From an uncultured Spirochaetota bacterium (GTDB lineage Bacteria; Spirochaetota; Brevinematia; Brevinematales; JAOACQ01), in the NCBI GenBank assembly GCA_963768055.1, contig CAVYGN010000001.1, positions 384,001 to 448,000 on the forward strand: a stretch of DNA of 64,000 bases, given 5' to 3'. The position numbers were made by a program, and so were the translations under genes. The notes beneath the pieces were generated by a model. That model did not search any database, was not told the origin of the DNA, and saw nothing but the letters and a program-made list of their open reading frames with translations. Numbering within the stretch: position 1 is the stretch's first letter; each line of letters opens with the position of its first letter. Of this stretch, positions 9,901-19,093 are shown one piece after another.

Positions 9901-12900
9901 TTCTCTTTTTCCGCAATTTCGCCTATCAAAGCGTTTGTCTCGATCGAGGCCTGTTTCTGGAGTTCGGCGACGTCGTCCTTGAATTTATCTGTAATTTCTT
10001 TCACGAACTTCGAAAGTTTTCCGCCCATTTCATTTACCGCTCCAGAATTCGCTGCGAGTTTTACGTTTATATTCTTCATATTTAAGTTGAATTCCTCTTC
10101 GAACTTCTTTTCAGACCTGGAATACTGCTCGTCAAGAGCGTTAAGGCGTTCTTCGGTTTTTTCGATGGCCGATTTTTTCATGTTTTCGATTTCTCTGGTA
10201 ATCTCGGTTCCTGCCCGTTTAAACATGGCGTCGGCTTCCCCGGAGATTTTAGCCTGAAGGGCTTCGATCTCGTTATTCATAGACCCGAATTTTTCTTCCA
10301 TGCCGGCGACCTTGGAGTTGTAGCGGGTTTCGATTTCTTTTACGCCGCTCTCAATGGAAGAGATCTTCTGGGTTAAAGTCGATTCGATGTTCTTAGAAAG
10401 GCTGTCGGATTTCGCCTTCAGCAGGGCCTCGGTATCCTCAAGTTTTTTATTTACGATCTTTTCACTCTGTTCGAGCCTCGTTTCAAGTTCCGAACTCTTT
10501 GAGAATATCTCCCTGCTCATCTCGTTGAAGCGTTTGACGGCCTCGGCGAGTTTCCCGCTGTATTCGGAGAGCGTAGAGCCTGTGCTGTTTTTCAGGTTCT
10601 GCACGGCAGTTAAAAATTCCTTTTTAGCTTCGTTCACTTCGCCGGCGACTTCCTTTGCCGCCTTGTCCGACTCTTCCCTGTAAGCTGCGATCCTGCTCTC
10701 GAAAGTTTCCCTGATGTCTGAAGCCTCCTCCTGGTATTTGGAGGTGAGCCCTACGAGGTTCTTCTCAATCTCTTCGCGCGTCACTTCGTATCTTCCGTCG
10801 AGGCCGGAAAGCCTTTCCTCGACGCTCGTCTCGAGGGATTTCTTAAGTGAATCTATTTCCTTCATTATCTCTGCGTTGGCCCTTGTAAAGAGGTTCTCAG
10901 CCTCGCTCTGTATTCTCTTCTCGAGGACCGAGATCTCCGAATTAATCTTGCCGAATTTCTGCTCCATGCCGGTGATCCTCGAGTTGTAGCCGGACTCGAT
11001 CTCCTTGAACTGTTTGTCGAGGCCCGAGGCGAGGGCTTCCATCCTTCCGCCGATCTCGGTCTTCCTTTCTTCGAATTCCTTGACGGTTTGCCGGAGTTCA
11101 ATTTCAATCGAAGAAACCCTGTCCTCCATCGATTCCCTGAGTTCCTTTTCAGTCTGGGAGAGGTTTATCTCGAGGGTCTTTGCGATGCTGTCGGTCCTGG
11201 CCTTCACGCCCGATTCCATCTTTGAAAATTCCTTATCGTACTGTTCGCTCTTTCGTGAGATTATATCTTCGAGCGAGGATTCGAAGCCCGTTACGCTCTT
11301 TGAAAGCAGGGCCTGGGTATCCTCGAGTTTTTTATTAACTGTCTTTTCGCTCTGAGCGAGCCTCGTTTCAAGTTCCGAACTCTTGGAGAGTATCTCCCTG
11401 CTCATCTCGTTGAAGCGCTTGACGGCCTCGGCGAGTTTCCCGTTGTATTCGGAGAGCGTAGAGCCTGTGCTGTTTTTCAGGTTCTGCGCGTTCGTTAAAA
11501 ATTCCTTTTTAGCTTCGTTCACTTCGCCGGCTACATCATGAGCCGCCTTATCCGTGTCCGCCCTGTAAGAGGCTATTTTTTCCTCGAAGGTCTCTCGTAT
11601 GTCTGAAGCCTCCTCCTGGTACTTCGAAATGAGACCTACGAGGTTCTTCTCTATCTCTTCCCGGGTCTGTTCGTATCTTCCGTCGAGGCCGGAAAGCCTT
11701 TCCTCGACGCTCGTCTCGAGGGATTTCTTAAGCGAATCTATTTCCTTCATTATTTCAGCGTTGGCCTTTGAAAAAAGCGTCTCAGCCTCGCTCTGTATCT
11801 TCTTCTCGAGGACCGCGATCTCGGAATTAATCTTGCCGAATTTCTGCTCCATGCCGGCGATCCTCGAGTTGTAGCCGGACTCGATCTCCTTGAACTGTTT
11901 GTCGAGGCCCGAGGCGAGGGCTTCCATCCTTCCGCCTATTTCGCTCTTCCTTCCCTCGAATTCCTTGACGGTTTGCCGGAGTTCAATTTCAATCGAAGAA
12001 ACCCTGTCCTCCATCGATTCCCTGAGTTCCTTTTCAGTCTGGATAAAACCGGATTCGATGTTCTTTGAAAGGCTGTCGGATTTTGCTTTGAGAAGGGCCT
12101 CTGTATCCTCAAGTTTTTTATTAACTGTCTTTTCGCTCTGAGCGAGCCTCGTTTCAAGTTCCGAACTCTTGGAGAGTATCTCCCTGCTCATCTCGTTGAA
12201 GCGCTTGACGGCCTCGGCGAGTTTCCCGTTGTATTCGGAGAGCGTAGAGCCTGTGCTGTTTTTCAGGTTCTGCGCGTTCGTTAAAAATTCCTTTTTAGCT
12301 TCGTTCACTTCGCCGGCTACATCATGAGCCGCCTTATCCGTGTCCGCCCTGTAAGAGGCTATTTTTTCCTCGAAGGTCTCTCGTATGTCTGAAGCCTCCT
12401 CCTGGTACTTCGAAATGAGACCTACGAGGTTCTTCTCTATCTCTTCCCGGGTCTGTTCGTATCTTCCGTCGAGGCCGGAAAGCCTTTCCTCGACGCTCGT
12501 CTCGAGGGATTTCTTAAGCGAATCTATTTCCTTCATTATCTCAGCGTTGGCCTTTGAAAAAAGCGTCTCAGCCTCGCTCTGTATCTTCTTCTCGAGGACC
12601 GCGATCTCGGAATTAATCTTGCCGAATTTCTGCTCCATGCCGGCGATCCTCGAGTTGTAGCCGGACTCGATCTCCTTGAACTGTTTGTCGAGGCCCGAGG
12701 CGAGGGCTTCCATCCTTCCGCCTATTTCGCTCTTCCTTCCCTCCAGCTCCTTTGCGACCTGGCGCAGGTCGTTATCGATCGAAGAGACCTTGTCCTCCAT
12801 AGCCTCCCTCAATTCCTTTTCAGTCTGGGAGAGGTTTATCTCGAGGGCCTTCGCGATGCTGTCGGTCCTTGCCTTCACGCCCGATTCCATCTTTGAAAAT

Positions 12901-15800
12901 TCCTTGTCGTACTGTTCGCTCTTACGGGAGATTATATCTTCGAGCGAGGATTCGAAGCCCGTTACGCTCTTTGAAAGCAGGGCCTGGGTATCCTCGAGTT
13001 TTTTATTAACTGTCTTTTCGCTCTGAGCGAGCCTCGCTTCAAGTTCCGAACTCTTGGAGAGTATCTCCCTGCTCATCTCGTTGAAGCGCTTGACGGCCTC
13101 GGCGAGTTTCCCGTTGTATTCGGAGAGCGTAGAGCCTGTGCTGTTTTTCAGGTTCTGCGCGTTCGTTAAAAATTCCTTTTTAGCTTCGTTCACTTCGCCG
13201 GCTATATCATGAGCCGCCTTGTCCGTATCTGCCCTGAAAGCTGCGATCCTGCTCTCGAATGTTTCCCTGATGTCGGAAGCCTCCTCCTGGTACTTGGAGG
13301 TGAGCCCTACGAGGTTTTTCTCTATCTCTTCCCGGGTCTGTTCGTATCTTCCGTCGATTCCCGAAAGCCTTTCCTCGACGCTCGTCTCGAGGGATTTCTT
13401 AAGCGAATCTATCTCCTTCATTATCTCCGTGTTAGCCCTTGTAAAGAGGTTTTCCGCCTCAACCTGCAATTTCTTCTCGAGGACGGCGATCTCGGAATTA
13501 ATCTTGCCGAATCTCTGCTCCATGCCGGCGATCCTCGAGTTGTAGCCGGACTCGATCTCCTTGAACTGTTTGTCGAGGCCTGAGGCGAGTGCTTCCATCC
13601 TTCCGCCGATCTCGGTCTTCCTTCCCTCCAGCTCCTTTGCGACCTGGCGCAGGTCGTTATCGATCGAAGAGACCTTGTCCTCCATAGCCTCCCTCAATTC
13701 CTTTTCAGTCTGGGAGAGGTTTATCTCGAGGGCCTTCGTGATACTGTTCGTCCTGGCTTTCACGCCGGATTCTATCTTTGAAAATTCCTTGTCGTACTGT
13801 TCGCTCTTGCGGGAGATTATATCTTCGAGCGAGGATTCGAAGCCCGTTACGCTCTTTGAAAGCAGGGCTTCCGTATCCTCGAGTTTCTTATTCATGATCT
13901 TTTCGGTCTGAGAGAGCCTTGTTTCAAGTTCAGAACTCTTCGAGAGTATCTCCCTGTTCATCTCGTTGAAGCGCTTGACGGCCTCGGCGAGTTTCCCGTT
14001 GTATTCGGAGAGTGTGGAACCCGTGCTGTTTTTCAGGTTCTGCAGGTTCGTTAAAAACTCCTTCTTCGCTTCGTTCATTTCGCCTGCGATATCCCTGGCC
14101 GTTTTGTCCGTATCGGCCCTGAAAGTCGCGATCCTGCTCTCGAATGTTTCCCTGATGTCGGAAGCCTCCTCCTGGTACTTGGAGGTGAGCCCTACGAGGT
14201 TTTTCTCTATCTCTTCCCGGGTCTGTTCGTATCTTCCGTCGATTCCCGAAAGCCTTTCCTCGACGCTCGTCTCGAGGGATTTCTTAAGCGAATCTATCTC
14301 CTTCATTATCTCCGTGTTAGCCCTTGTAAAGAGGTTTTCCGCCTCAACCTGCAATTTCTTCTCGAGGACGGCGATCTCGGAATTAATCTTGCCGAATCTC
14401 TGCTCCATGCCGGCGATCCTCGAGTTGTAGCCGGACTCGATCTCCTTGAACTGTTTGTCGAGGCCTGAGGCGAGTGCTTCCATCCTTCCGCCGATCTCGG
14501 TCTTCCTTCCCTCCAGCTCCTTTGCGACCTGGCGCAGGTCGTTATCGATCGAAGAGACCTTGTCCTCCATAGCCTCCCTCAATTCCTTTTCAGTCTGGGA
14601 GAGGTTTATCTCGAGGGCCTTCGTGATACTGTTCGTCCTGGCTTTCACGCCGGATTCTATCTTTGAAAATTCCTTGTCGTACTGTTCGCTCTTGCGGGAG
14701 ATTATATCTTCGAGCGAGGATTCGAAGCCCGCTACGCTCTTTAAAAGCAGGGCTTCCGTATCCTCGAGTTTTTTATTCACGATCTTGTCGCTCTGGTCCA
14801 GGCGTTTTTCAAGATCCGAGCTCTTTGAAAGGACTTCCCTGTTCATTTCGTTAAAACGCTTGACCGCTTCGTTCCACCGGCTGTTTATCTCGCCAAGGGT
14901 GCCGGATACATTCGTTTTTAATTCCTTGGCCCCGTTAAGCAATTCCTCCTTCGATTCCCTTATCTGTTCTTCGAGGGACCTGGAGGCTGTTTCGGTTTCT
15001 TTTTTGAACGATTCTATTTTCTCGTTTAAAACCGCCTGTAAGTCCGAAGCCATGCCCTCATAATGCTTCGAGAGTTCCGTGAACTGAGTGCCGATCGTTT
15101 CCTCGATCTCCCTTTCCCTATCGTCAAGTTCCACCAGCGCCGATGAACGGAATTCATCCATGCTCTTCCTGGCGGTATCTACAGACTGGTCTATTTCGGA
15201 AACAAGCGACTGCACTTCTTCCGACTTTTTTTCAAGGCCTTCCTCTATGTTCCTTATGTCCTGGATTGAATTGTCCTTGTACCCCGAAATTTCCTCCCGG
15301 GCGTTATTCATGAATTCCTCGATGTTTTTTCTCGCCCATTCCTTGGACTGTTCGATCTCGCTTCTGGTTTGAGCCGAGGTCTTTTTCATCTCGGACATTT
15401 CCCGTTTTAATGTTTCGAATCTGCCGGAAATTTCGTTTATATCGGAGAGCTTTTCCTTTACCGATGAGATCTCGCTGTCGAACTTGGACGCCTGTTTGAG
15501 GTCGCCGGAAAGCCCTTCCCTGATCTCCTGGAATCTGGCCAGGGTGTCTTTTATGTCAACAAGCTTGTTATTTATATAGGTAGTGGCTTTATCCAATTTT
15601 TTAAGCGAAATGTCCAGATTTATGGTTTTATCGAGAAGATCCTTTTCCCGGTCCCGGAACATCATTTTCATATTGGTAACGGAGGTCGAAATAAAATTTT
15701 TAAGGGTGCTCAACTGGGTGTTGCGCTTGTCCTTCCTTCTGAAATATAGAATTAAAAAAAAGCATAGAAATGCCGTTGTTACGCTGATAAATATTTCCAT
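6978..15800 (-). CDS. giant membrane-anchored coiled-coil protein (spirochete SpiroCoCo-like) with internal 262/295-aa repeats and a C-terminal HTH
   Basis: N-terminal TM helix followed by RRKDKR; E/K-rich helical body; C-terminal WSIEDISKSLKISRAYVELI HTH-like motif. ATG 15800 has SD GGAGG; the track start 15818 is TTG. Confidence 0.8.
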   Translation of the reverse strand: MEIFISVTTAFLCFFLILYFRRKDKRNTQLSTLKNFISTSVTNMKMMFRDREKDLLDKTINLDISLKKLDKATTYINNKLVDIKDTLARFQEIREGLSGDLKQASKFDSEISSVKEKLSDINEISGRFETLKREMSEMKKTSAQTRSEIEQSKEWARKNIEEFMNNAREEISGYKDNSIQDIRNIEEGLEKKSEEVQSLVSEIDQSVDTARKSMDEFRSSALVELDDREREIEETIGTQFTELSKHYEGMASDLQAVLNEKIESFKKETETASRSLEEQIRESKEELLNGAKELKTNVSGTLGEINSRWNEAVKRFNEMNREVLSKSSDLEKRLDQSDKIVNKKLEDTEALLLKSVAGFESSLEDIISRKSEQYDKEFSKIESGVKARTNSITKALEINLSQTEKELREAMEDKVSSIDNDLRQVAKELEGRKTEIGGRMEALASGLDKQFKEIESGYNSRIAGMEQRFGKINSEIAVLEKKLQVEAENLFTRANTEIMKEIDSLKKSLETSVEERLSGIDGRYEQTREEIEKNLVGLTSKYQEEASDIRETFESRIATFRADTDKTARDIAGEMNEAKKEFLTNLQNLKNSTGSTLSEYNGKLAEAVKRFNEMNREILSKSSELETRLSQTEKIMNKKLEDTEALLSKSVTGFESSLEDIISRKSEQYDKEFSKIESGVKARTNSITKALEINLSQTEKELREAMEDKVSSIDNDLRQVAKELEGRKTEIGGRMEALASGLDKQFKEIESGYNSRIAGMEQRFGKINSEIAVLEKKLQVEAENLFTRANTEIMKEIDSLKKSLETSVEERLSGIDGRYEQTREEIEKNLVGLTSKYQEEASDIRETFESRIAAFRADTDKAAHDIAGEVNEAKKEFLTNAQNLKNSTGSTLSEYNGKLAEAVKRFNEMSREILSKSSELEARLAQSEKTVNKKLEDTQALLSKSVTGFESSLEDIISRKSEQYDKEFSKMESGVKARTDSIAKALEINLSQTEKELREAMEDKVSSIDNDLRQVAKELEGRKSEIGGRMEALASGLDKQFKEIESGYNSRIAGMEQKFGKINSEIAVLEKKIQSEAETLFSKANAEIMKEIDSLKKSLETSVEERLSGLDGRYEQTREEIEKNLVGLISKYQEEASDIRETFEEKIASYRADTDKAAHDVAGEVNEAKKEFLTNAQNLKNSTGSTLSEYNGKLAEAVKRFNEMSREILSKSSELETRLAQSEKTVNKKLEDTEALLKAKSDSLSKNIESGFIQTEKELRESMEDRVSSIEIELRQTVKEFEGRKSEIGGRMEALASGLDKQFKEIESGYNSRIAGMEQKFGKINSEIAVLEKKIQSEAETLFSKANAEIMKEIDSLKKSLETSVEERLSGLDGRYEQTREEIEKNLVGLISKYQEEASDIRETFEEKIASYRADTDKAAHDVAGEVNEAKKEFLTNAQNLKNSTGSTLSEYNGKLAEAVKRFNEMSREILSKSSELETRLAQSEKTVNKKLEDTQALLSKSVTGFESSLEDIISRKSEQYDKEFSKMESGVKARTDSIAKTLEINLSQTEKELRESMEDRVSSIEIELRQTVKEFEERKTEIGGRMEALASGLDKQFKEIESGYNSRITGMEQKFGKINSEISVLEKRIQSEAENLFTRANAEIMKEIDSLKKSLETSVEERLSGLDGRYEVTREEIEKNLVGLTSKYQEEASDIRETFESRIAAYREESDKAAKEVAGEVNEAKKEFLTAVQNLKNSTGSTLSEYSGKLAEAVKRFNEMSREIFSKSSELETRLEQSEKIVNKKLEDTEALLKAKSDSLSKNIESTLTQKISSIESGVKEIETRYNSKVAGMEEKFGSMNNEIEALQAKISGEADAMFKRAGTEITREIENMKKSAIEKTEERLNALDEQYSRSEKKFEEEFNLNMKNINVKLAANSGAVNEMGGKLSKFVKEITDKFKDDVAELQKQASIETNALIGEIAEKEKELGSLLQSVKTELSGVGNEIKGQGKEAAESALQKIRDKEKEIFSGIDKSTVSISEKLSLLERTVTHFETEFGKKLKSSQTSLMGELEEYKNNVESLKTAGLKAQTGIQDIIAGKSKEMDKFVDDLKIGFVGDYKELISNTRNEIKELKNEIAAAHKAAADRKDHVIKEISSSLEEARSWSLTQIGTLKDEIESAKLRTGAMIEDLREESESKLNEYNSALAQKLAEALKGSDGDFIAKRTELRNLTNEMIVQVNEKDKEMNKKIERLSSIMDEAVRKADIQLNSINKNIEQRFQKFYEELSGKGESGLQNFRHDIDGILEEVKLDTMNNIEFYKKELAGLKGALSDNKSEIINLQKELDQSRNVIDSARIKSAEELNAMHLTYEEMRREISTLEKAIEERKAGFEGLIKDRIKEIYDKIDLEKTGMDEELSKLRQVHTNFLEGLREQDRKFIAKNSDENVKMLQSALNEYRVKMEEEIDSFKDSFTPPADEIVKKLNGRALEIQDDMEKKAGAFAREIGDFTARAKQREDELSKKTEAIITGYASKIEEYKNTFSDGIGVYLTKSSEEYKKVFDRIAGMEKELRNFEEKTIVSIRNKAITVEGEISKKIKEIAAEFDSYVKKGGEEIMQVYNSGKKDITALAGQLKNEKEDFKAEILEDIKELNKKTREIEARYDGLLKKSSVLERAEGLAAKSNSQIEIISQFLKELDSRRKDIEESLKTIDLIRIENRDLSALFVNIGNNKKETALIYQTVTEALQKARETEGILTLIEKQQGKAEEVRNVLLETLKSYEDIKLKAADVEKKKEVINKIMNSIETSKEDLKDVHSKIAGAEEKLGGIVKTSKKIEDDIKNAQANITKIFGDQDKVSYAVDKIVDIDNLLVLIEEESKKVQKMRDWVAKLENRLERVKDSQETSLGSRPGSRRALSEESGADEDVIKNILRLKEQAWSIEDISKSLKISRAYVELIFERHVQ
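10385..14870 (-). repeat. about five near-identical long tandem repeats inside the coiled-coil gene
   Basis: Anchor TTGAACTGTTTGTCGAGG recurs at 11005, 11890, 12676, 13561 and 14446 (spacings 885, 786, 885, 885 bp). Outer boundaries are approximate. Confidence 0.95.
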
Positions 15801-15833
15801 GATTCCCTCCCAATCCAATCGCCAGGGCCGCCG

Positions 15834-16724
15834 CTATCTGACGATAACCCCTCCTGTTCCGGTTGAATAAAATGTGTAAATTTTATCGGGCACAGGGATT
15901 ATCCCTAATGCCTCGCCGTACGAGGTCCTTATGCCCATTTTCCTGGCAGCATTGGCATTAGTTACCGCGGCTACGAATTTCAAAACTTCAGCCTGGTAAT
16001 CGTTTTTATCGAGTATATACAGGTCTTTATCTTCGACATTAAAAGTATTGGGAAAATTTTCCTTTCCGTTAAATAAATCGACCCCGTTTTCATGGCTTAC
16101 GGTTTCGCTGAACAGCCTGTCCGGAAAAGCTATATTCTTAGCTTCGCCCTTTTCGATCATGGAGTAATCGAAATTAAGCACCCCGAAGTCCACGAAAAGC
16201 TTCCTACCCTGTATTGTGTATTCAGAAGCGCCGCTGGGTACGTCGGCATCTTTTACTGAGGAATAGGCGAAATATGTGATTTTTACCTGGATCGACCTGT
16301 TGTCGCCGTTTATCAAAGGCGCGGTTTTAACCTCCATGACTTTTCTCTCGGCTTTAAGGTTTTTGAGAGCGGCTTCCATTATTTTTACATCCCGGTAAAG
16401 CGAAAGTCCCGACGCCAGGTCTTTAAGCGTGGAATAAACAAAGGTCATAAAAAAGATCACAACCAGGCCGATTACAATGTTAGTAAGGTTCGAATAAAAA
16501 GCGAAGAGAAGTTCCGGCAATGAAGCGAGAAGATTGCCCGGTGAGAAATGGCCGTTTTTATCCCTGGATTTTCCTATTATTATCAGAATGATAAAAAAAA
16601 CAATAATGAGCCATCCCCAGACTGTAAGGAAAAGGAAATTGGCCACAGCCGCTATCGGGCCGATAAAATTCAAAAGGGAATTCACGACATTTTCAAGGTT
16701 CTGCACGATTTTAAGATTATCCAT
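15834..16724 (-). CDS. hypothetical membrane protein
   Basis: 296 aa, N-terminal hydrophobic helices, co-oriented and tightly spaced with neighbours. Confidence 0.7.
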   Translation of the reverse strand: MDNLKIVQNLENVVNSLLNFIGPIAAVANFLFLTVWGWLIIVFFIILIIIGKSRDKNGHFSPGNLLASLPELLFAFYSNLTNIVIGLVVIFFMTFVYSTLKDLASGLSLYRDVKIMEAALKNLKAERKVMEVKTAPLINGDNRSIQVKITYFAYSSVKDADVPSGASEYTIQGRKLFVDFGVLNFDYSMIEKGEAKNIAFPDRLFSETVSHENGVDLFNGKENFPNTFNVEDKDLYILDKNDYQAEVLKFVAAVTNANAARKMGIRTSYGEALGIIPVPDKIYTFYSTGTGGVIVR

Positions 16725-17378
16725 TTAATTTACCTCCGTCAGCTCAAGACCGCCGCCGGGATGCACCGAACATCTGAATATCATGCCTTCTTCAATTCTC
16801 CTGGAAAAACCGGGGTGCAGAGATACGTCCATTATCCTTACCTTGCTGTCCCGGACCATGATATTCGTTTCGTTTCCCGAGGCTTCCATGGCGTTTTCAA
16901 ACAGGAAAGAGACCGTATTTTTATATGAAATGTCCATGTTCGCAAGGGTGAAAATCGACGGGAAACCGTTTATATAATAAAGGTTCGTAACGGATTTGCC
17001 GCTACCCGGGGGGATCGTATCGGTGTAAAGGTTGAACGGAAATACGAATGCGTTGCTAAAGCTTCCGCTCCGGGCGGCTACAACCTTGCATTCGAGAAAT
17101 ATATCTCTGCCGTCAAGCGTGAAAGTCTCGTCAGTAACCGCAGTCCCGCCGATATTAATAAGCTTCAGGTTATAGAGAAACGAATTCCCGGTTTTCGAAA
17201 GGACTGATATTTCAGCGAAAGAGTATTCGGATTTAATATACGCCAGCGCCTTTTCCAGGTCTATCTTCCTGTTCTTCAGGGAAAAATTGAACAGGTATAT
17301 CGCCGCTCCGGCAAGCATGACCAGGAACAGAAGCAGGATGATCCTTCCTCCTGCGCTTGTTTTTCCTCTTTCCGACAT
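16725..17378 (-). CDS. hypothetical membrane-anchored protein, probable distant paralog of 15834-16724
   Basis: Single N-terminal TM; SD GGAG; stop abuts the next start; shared motifs listed in findings. Confidence 0.7.
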   Translation of the reverse strand: MSERGKTSAGGRIILLLFLVMLAGAAIYLFNFSLKNRKIDLEKALAYIKSEYSFAEISVLSKTGNSFLYNLKLINIGGTAVTDETFTLDGRDIFLECKVVAARSGSFSNAFVFPFNLYTDTIPPGSGKSVTNLYYINGFPSIFTLANMDISYKNTVSFLFENAMEASGNETNIMVRDSKVRIMDVSLHPGFSRRIEEGMIFRCSVHPGGGLELTEVN

Positions 17379-17458
17379 GAAATACTCTCCGGAAATTTAT
17401 GGATTTATCTTACAATATATAGCCGATAAAATCAAATAGTAGATAACCGGGGATGCTT

Positions 17459-17532
17459 CAGTCGTCAGTCTGCAGTCGTCAGTCTACAGTCAACAATCTT
17501 GACTGCCGACTATCGGCTGTCGACTGTTGACT
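17459..17532. repeat. heptamer tandem repeats arranged as an inverted pair (hairpin)
   Basis: CAGTCGT CAGTCTG CAGTCGT CAGTCTA CAGTCAA ... TTGACTG CCGACTA TCGGCTG TCGACTG TTGACT. Confidence 0.85.
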
Positions 17533-17630
17533 TTGGTTATTTAAATTTGATAAATTTGTGAAAAATAATTATAATTCACCGATAAATTAATATGAAATGA
17601 TAGGATCGGAAAAATCAGCGAGGAGGGCAA

Positions 17631-18755
17631 ATGAAGTTCACCGTAAATAAGGAAGAATTTATACGTAATTTAGGCATTGCCGATTCCATCATAAATATCA
17701 AAACGCCGCTGGCGATGCTGCTTAACGTGTATATTGAGGCCCAGAGCGACGGAACGATTATGCTCCTTTCTTATAATGGAGAAAACGGAGTAAAGGTTGA
17801 AGCAAGCGGGACCGTGGAAGAGGGGGGGAAGATATCTCTCCTCTCGAAAAAACTCCTTGAGGCGGTTAAAAAGCTTCCCGGCGAAAGGATTTCTTTTAAA
17901 ACGAAAACCGACAACGAACATGAAATCATTCTCCATTCCGAAGCCTCGGAGAACCCGATATTCAATATCAACGGAGTATCCGGGGACGCTTATCCTATTT
18001 TCTACGAATTCAACTGGGAGACATATATTAAAACAGCCCAGGAAACCCTTCTCGATCAGATAACTTCCACGGAATTTTCAATTTCGACCGATTTCGCGAA
18101 ACCCGCTTTTACAGGCACGTATATTGAAGAATCCGTTGACGGATATATATCTTTCGTTACCAGCGACGGCAAAAGGCTTGCTGTTATTACAAGGGAGTAC
18201 GAAGAAAAGAAGGGCGAGGTTAAACTCGGCGTTATAGTTCCCCAGAGGATATTCAAAACCCTCCAGCCGATACTGACCACCGGCGATGTTCTTTTTTCTG
18301 TGCATAATAACCAGGCTTTTTTCAAGATCGGGCAGGTCTATGTCTTTTCCAACCTGGTCGACGGCAAATTCCCGAATTATAAAGACGTGATCCCGGCCGA
18401 AAGGGTAAATATTGCTACTATCGACAGCGCGGATTTTCTGCAGGCCATAGACGTCGTATCGGTTATGAGCGACCCTGAAACAGGCAAGACCAAGTTCGAG
18501 CTTTCGGAGAATAAATTAACGATTATAACCACACATCCCATTTACGGCATCGCTAAAGAGGAAATGGAAATCGATTACAAGGGCACCCCGATAACGATAA
18601 TGTGCAATTACAAGGCAATCGTCGATTTCCTCAAGGTTACCCAGGGAAAGAGGATCGAGTTCGTAATAAATTCACAGGGAAGCCCGATGCTCTTCAAGAC
18701 CATCGGCGATGAAAATTACATCTACATATCGATGCCGCTGAAGCTCTACGAATAG
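17631..18755 (+). CDS. dnaN: DNA polymerase III beta sliding clamp
   Basis: MKFTVNKEEF start, VTSDGKRLA, LVDGKFPNYKDVIP, C-terminal YISMPL; 374 aa; SD GGAGG. Confidence 0.93.
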   Translation: MKFTVNKEEFIRNLGIADSIINIKTPLAMLLNVYIEAQSDGTIMLLSYNGENGVKVEASGTVEEGGKISLLSKKLLEAVKKLPGERISFKTKTDNEHEIILHSEASENPIFNINGVSGDAYPIFYEFNWETYIKTAQETLLDQITSTEFSISTDFAKPAFTGTYIEESVDGYISFVTSDGKRLAVITREYEEKKGEVKLGVIVPQRIFKTLQPILTTGDVLFSVHNNQAFFKIGQVYVFSNLVDGKFPNYKDVIPAERVNIATIDSADFLQAIDVVSVMSDPETGKTKFELSENKLTIITTHPIYGIAKEEMEIDYKGTPITIMCNYKAIVDFLKVTQGKRIEFVINSQGSPMLFKTIGDENYIYISMPLKLYE

Positions 18756-18785
18756 CGTCGAATCGATCAATATACAGATCTCTTC

Positions 18786-19003
18786 TTGAAGTAAATTTTT
18801 TCCGCGTAGTATTCGACAGCTTGAGTCGCTAAGGCTCAAAACATCAGCAAACGCTGATTGAATTCTTTTTTAATAAAAGAATTTTTCATTATCTGCAATA
18901 ATCGATTAAATTAAATAAACAGTCTTGGAAAGCGCCTGCTATGCTGTTTTTCGCCTTGCGTCTCTACACTGTCTCATAAGGCCGCGGAAAAAATTTACTT
19001 CAA
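18786..19003. repeat. 218-bp palindromic intergenic element (MITE/REP-like)
   Basis: Perfect 21-bp IR TTGAAGTAAATTTTTTCCGCG (18786-18806) / CGCGGAAAAAATTTACTTCAA (18983-19003), with imperfect pairing continuing inward. Confidence 0.8.
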
Positions 19004-19093
19004 ATTGAGTCTTATAGTGTCTTAAATTCGTTGAGAAAGGATTGGGATTTCATATCGCCGTTTTTCGCCGGTTGAATCCGGCGGGAAAGGATT

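Noticed and set aside
10385..14870. Long repeats considered as a CRISPR array or mobile element copies
   Set aside because: Units are 786-885 bp, in frame and inside one CDS; there are no short repeats with unique spacers and no cas genes.
7444..15372. Many plus-strand ORFs, several repeated, opposite the coiled-coil gene
   Set aside because: Ser/Phe-rich antisense shadows of an E/K-rich gene; their repetition just mirrors the DNA repeats.
17380..17630. oriC next to dnaN
   Set aside because: No dnaA and no clear DnaA boxes seen.
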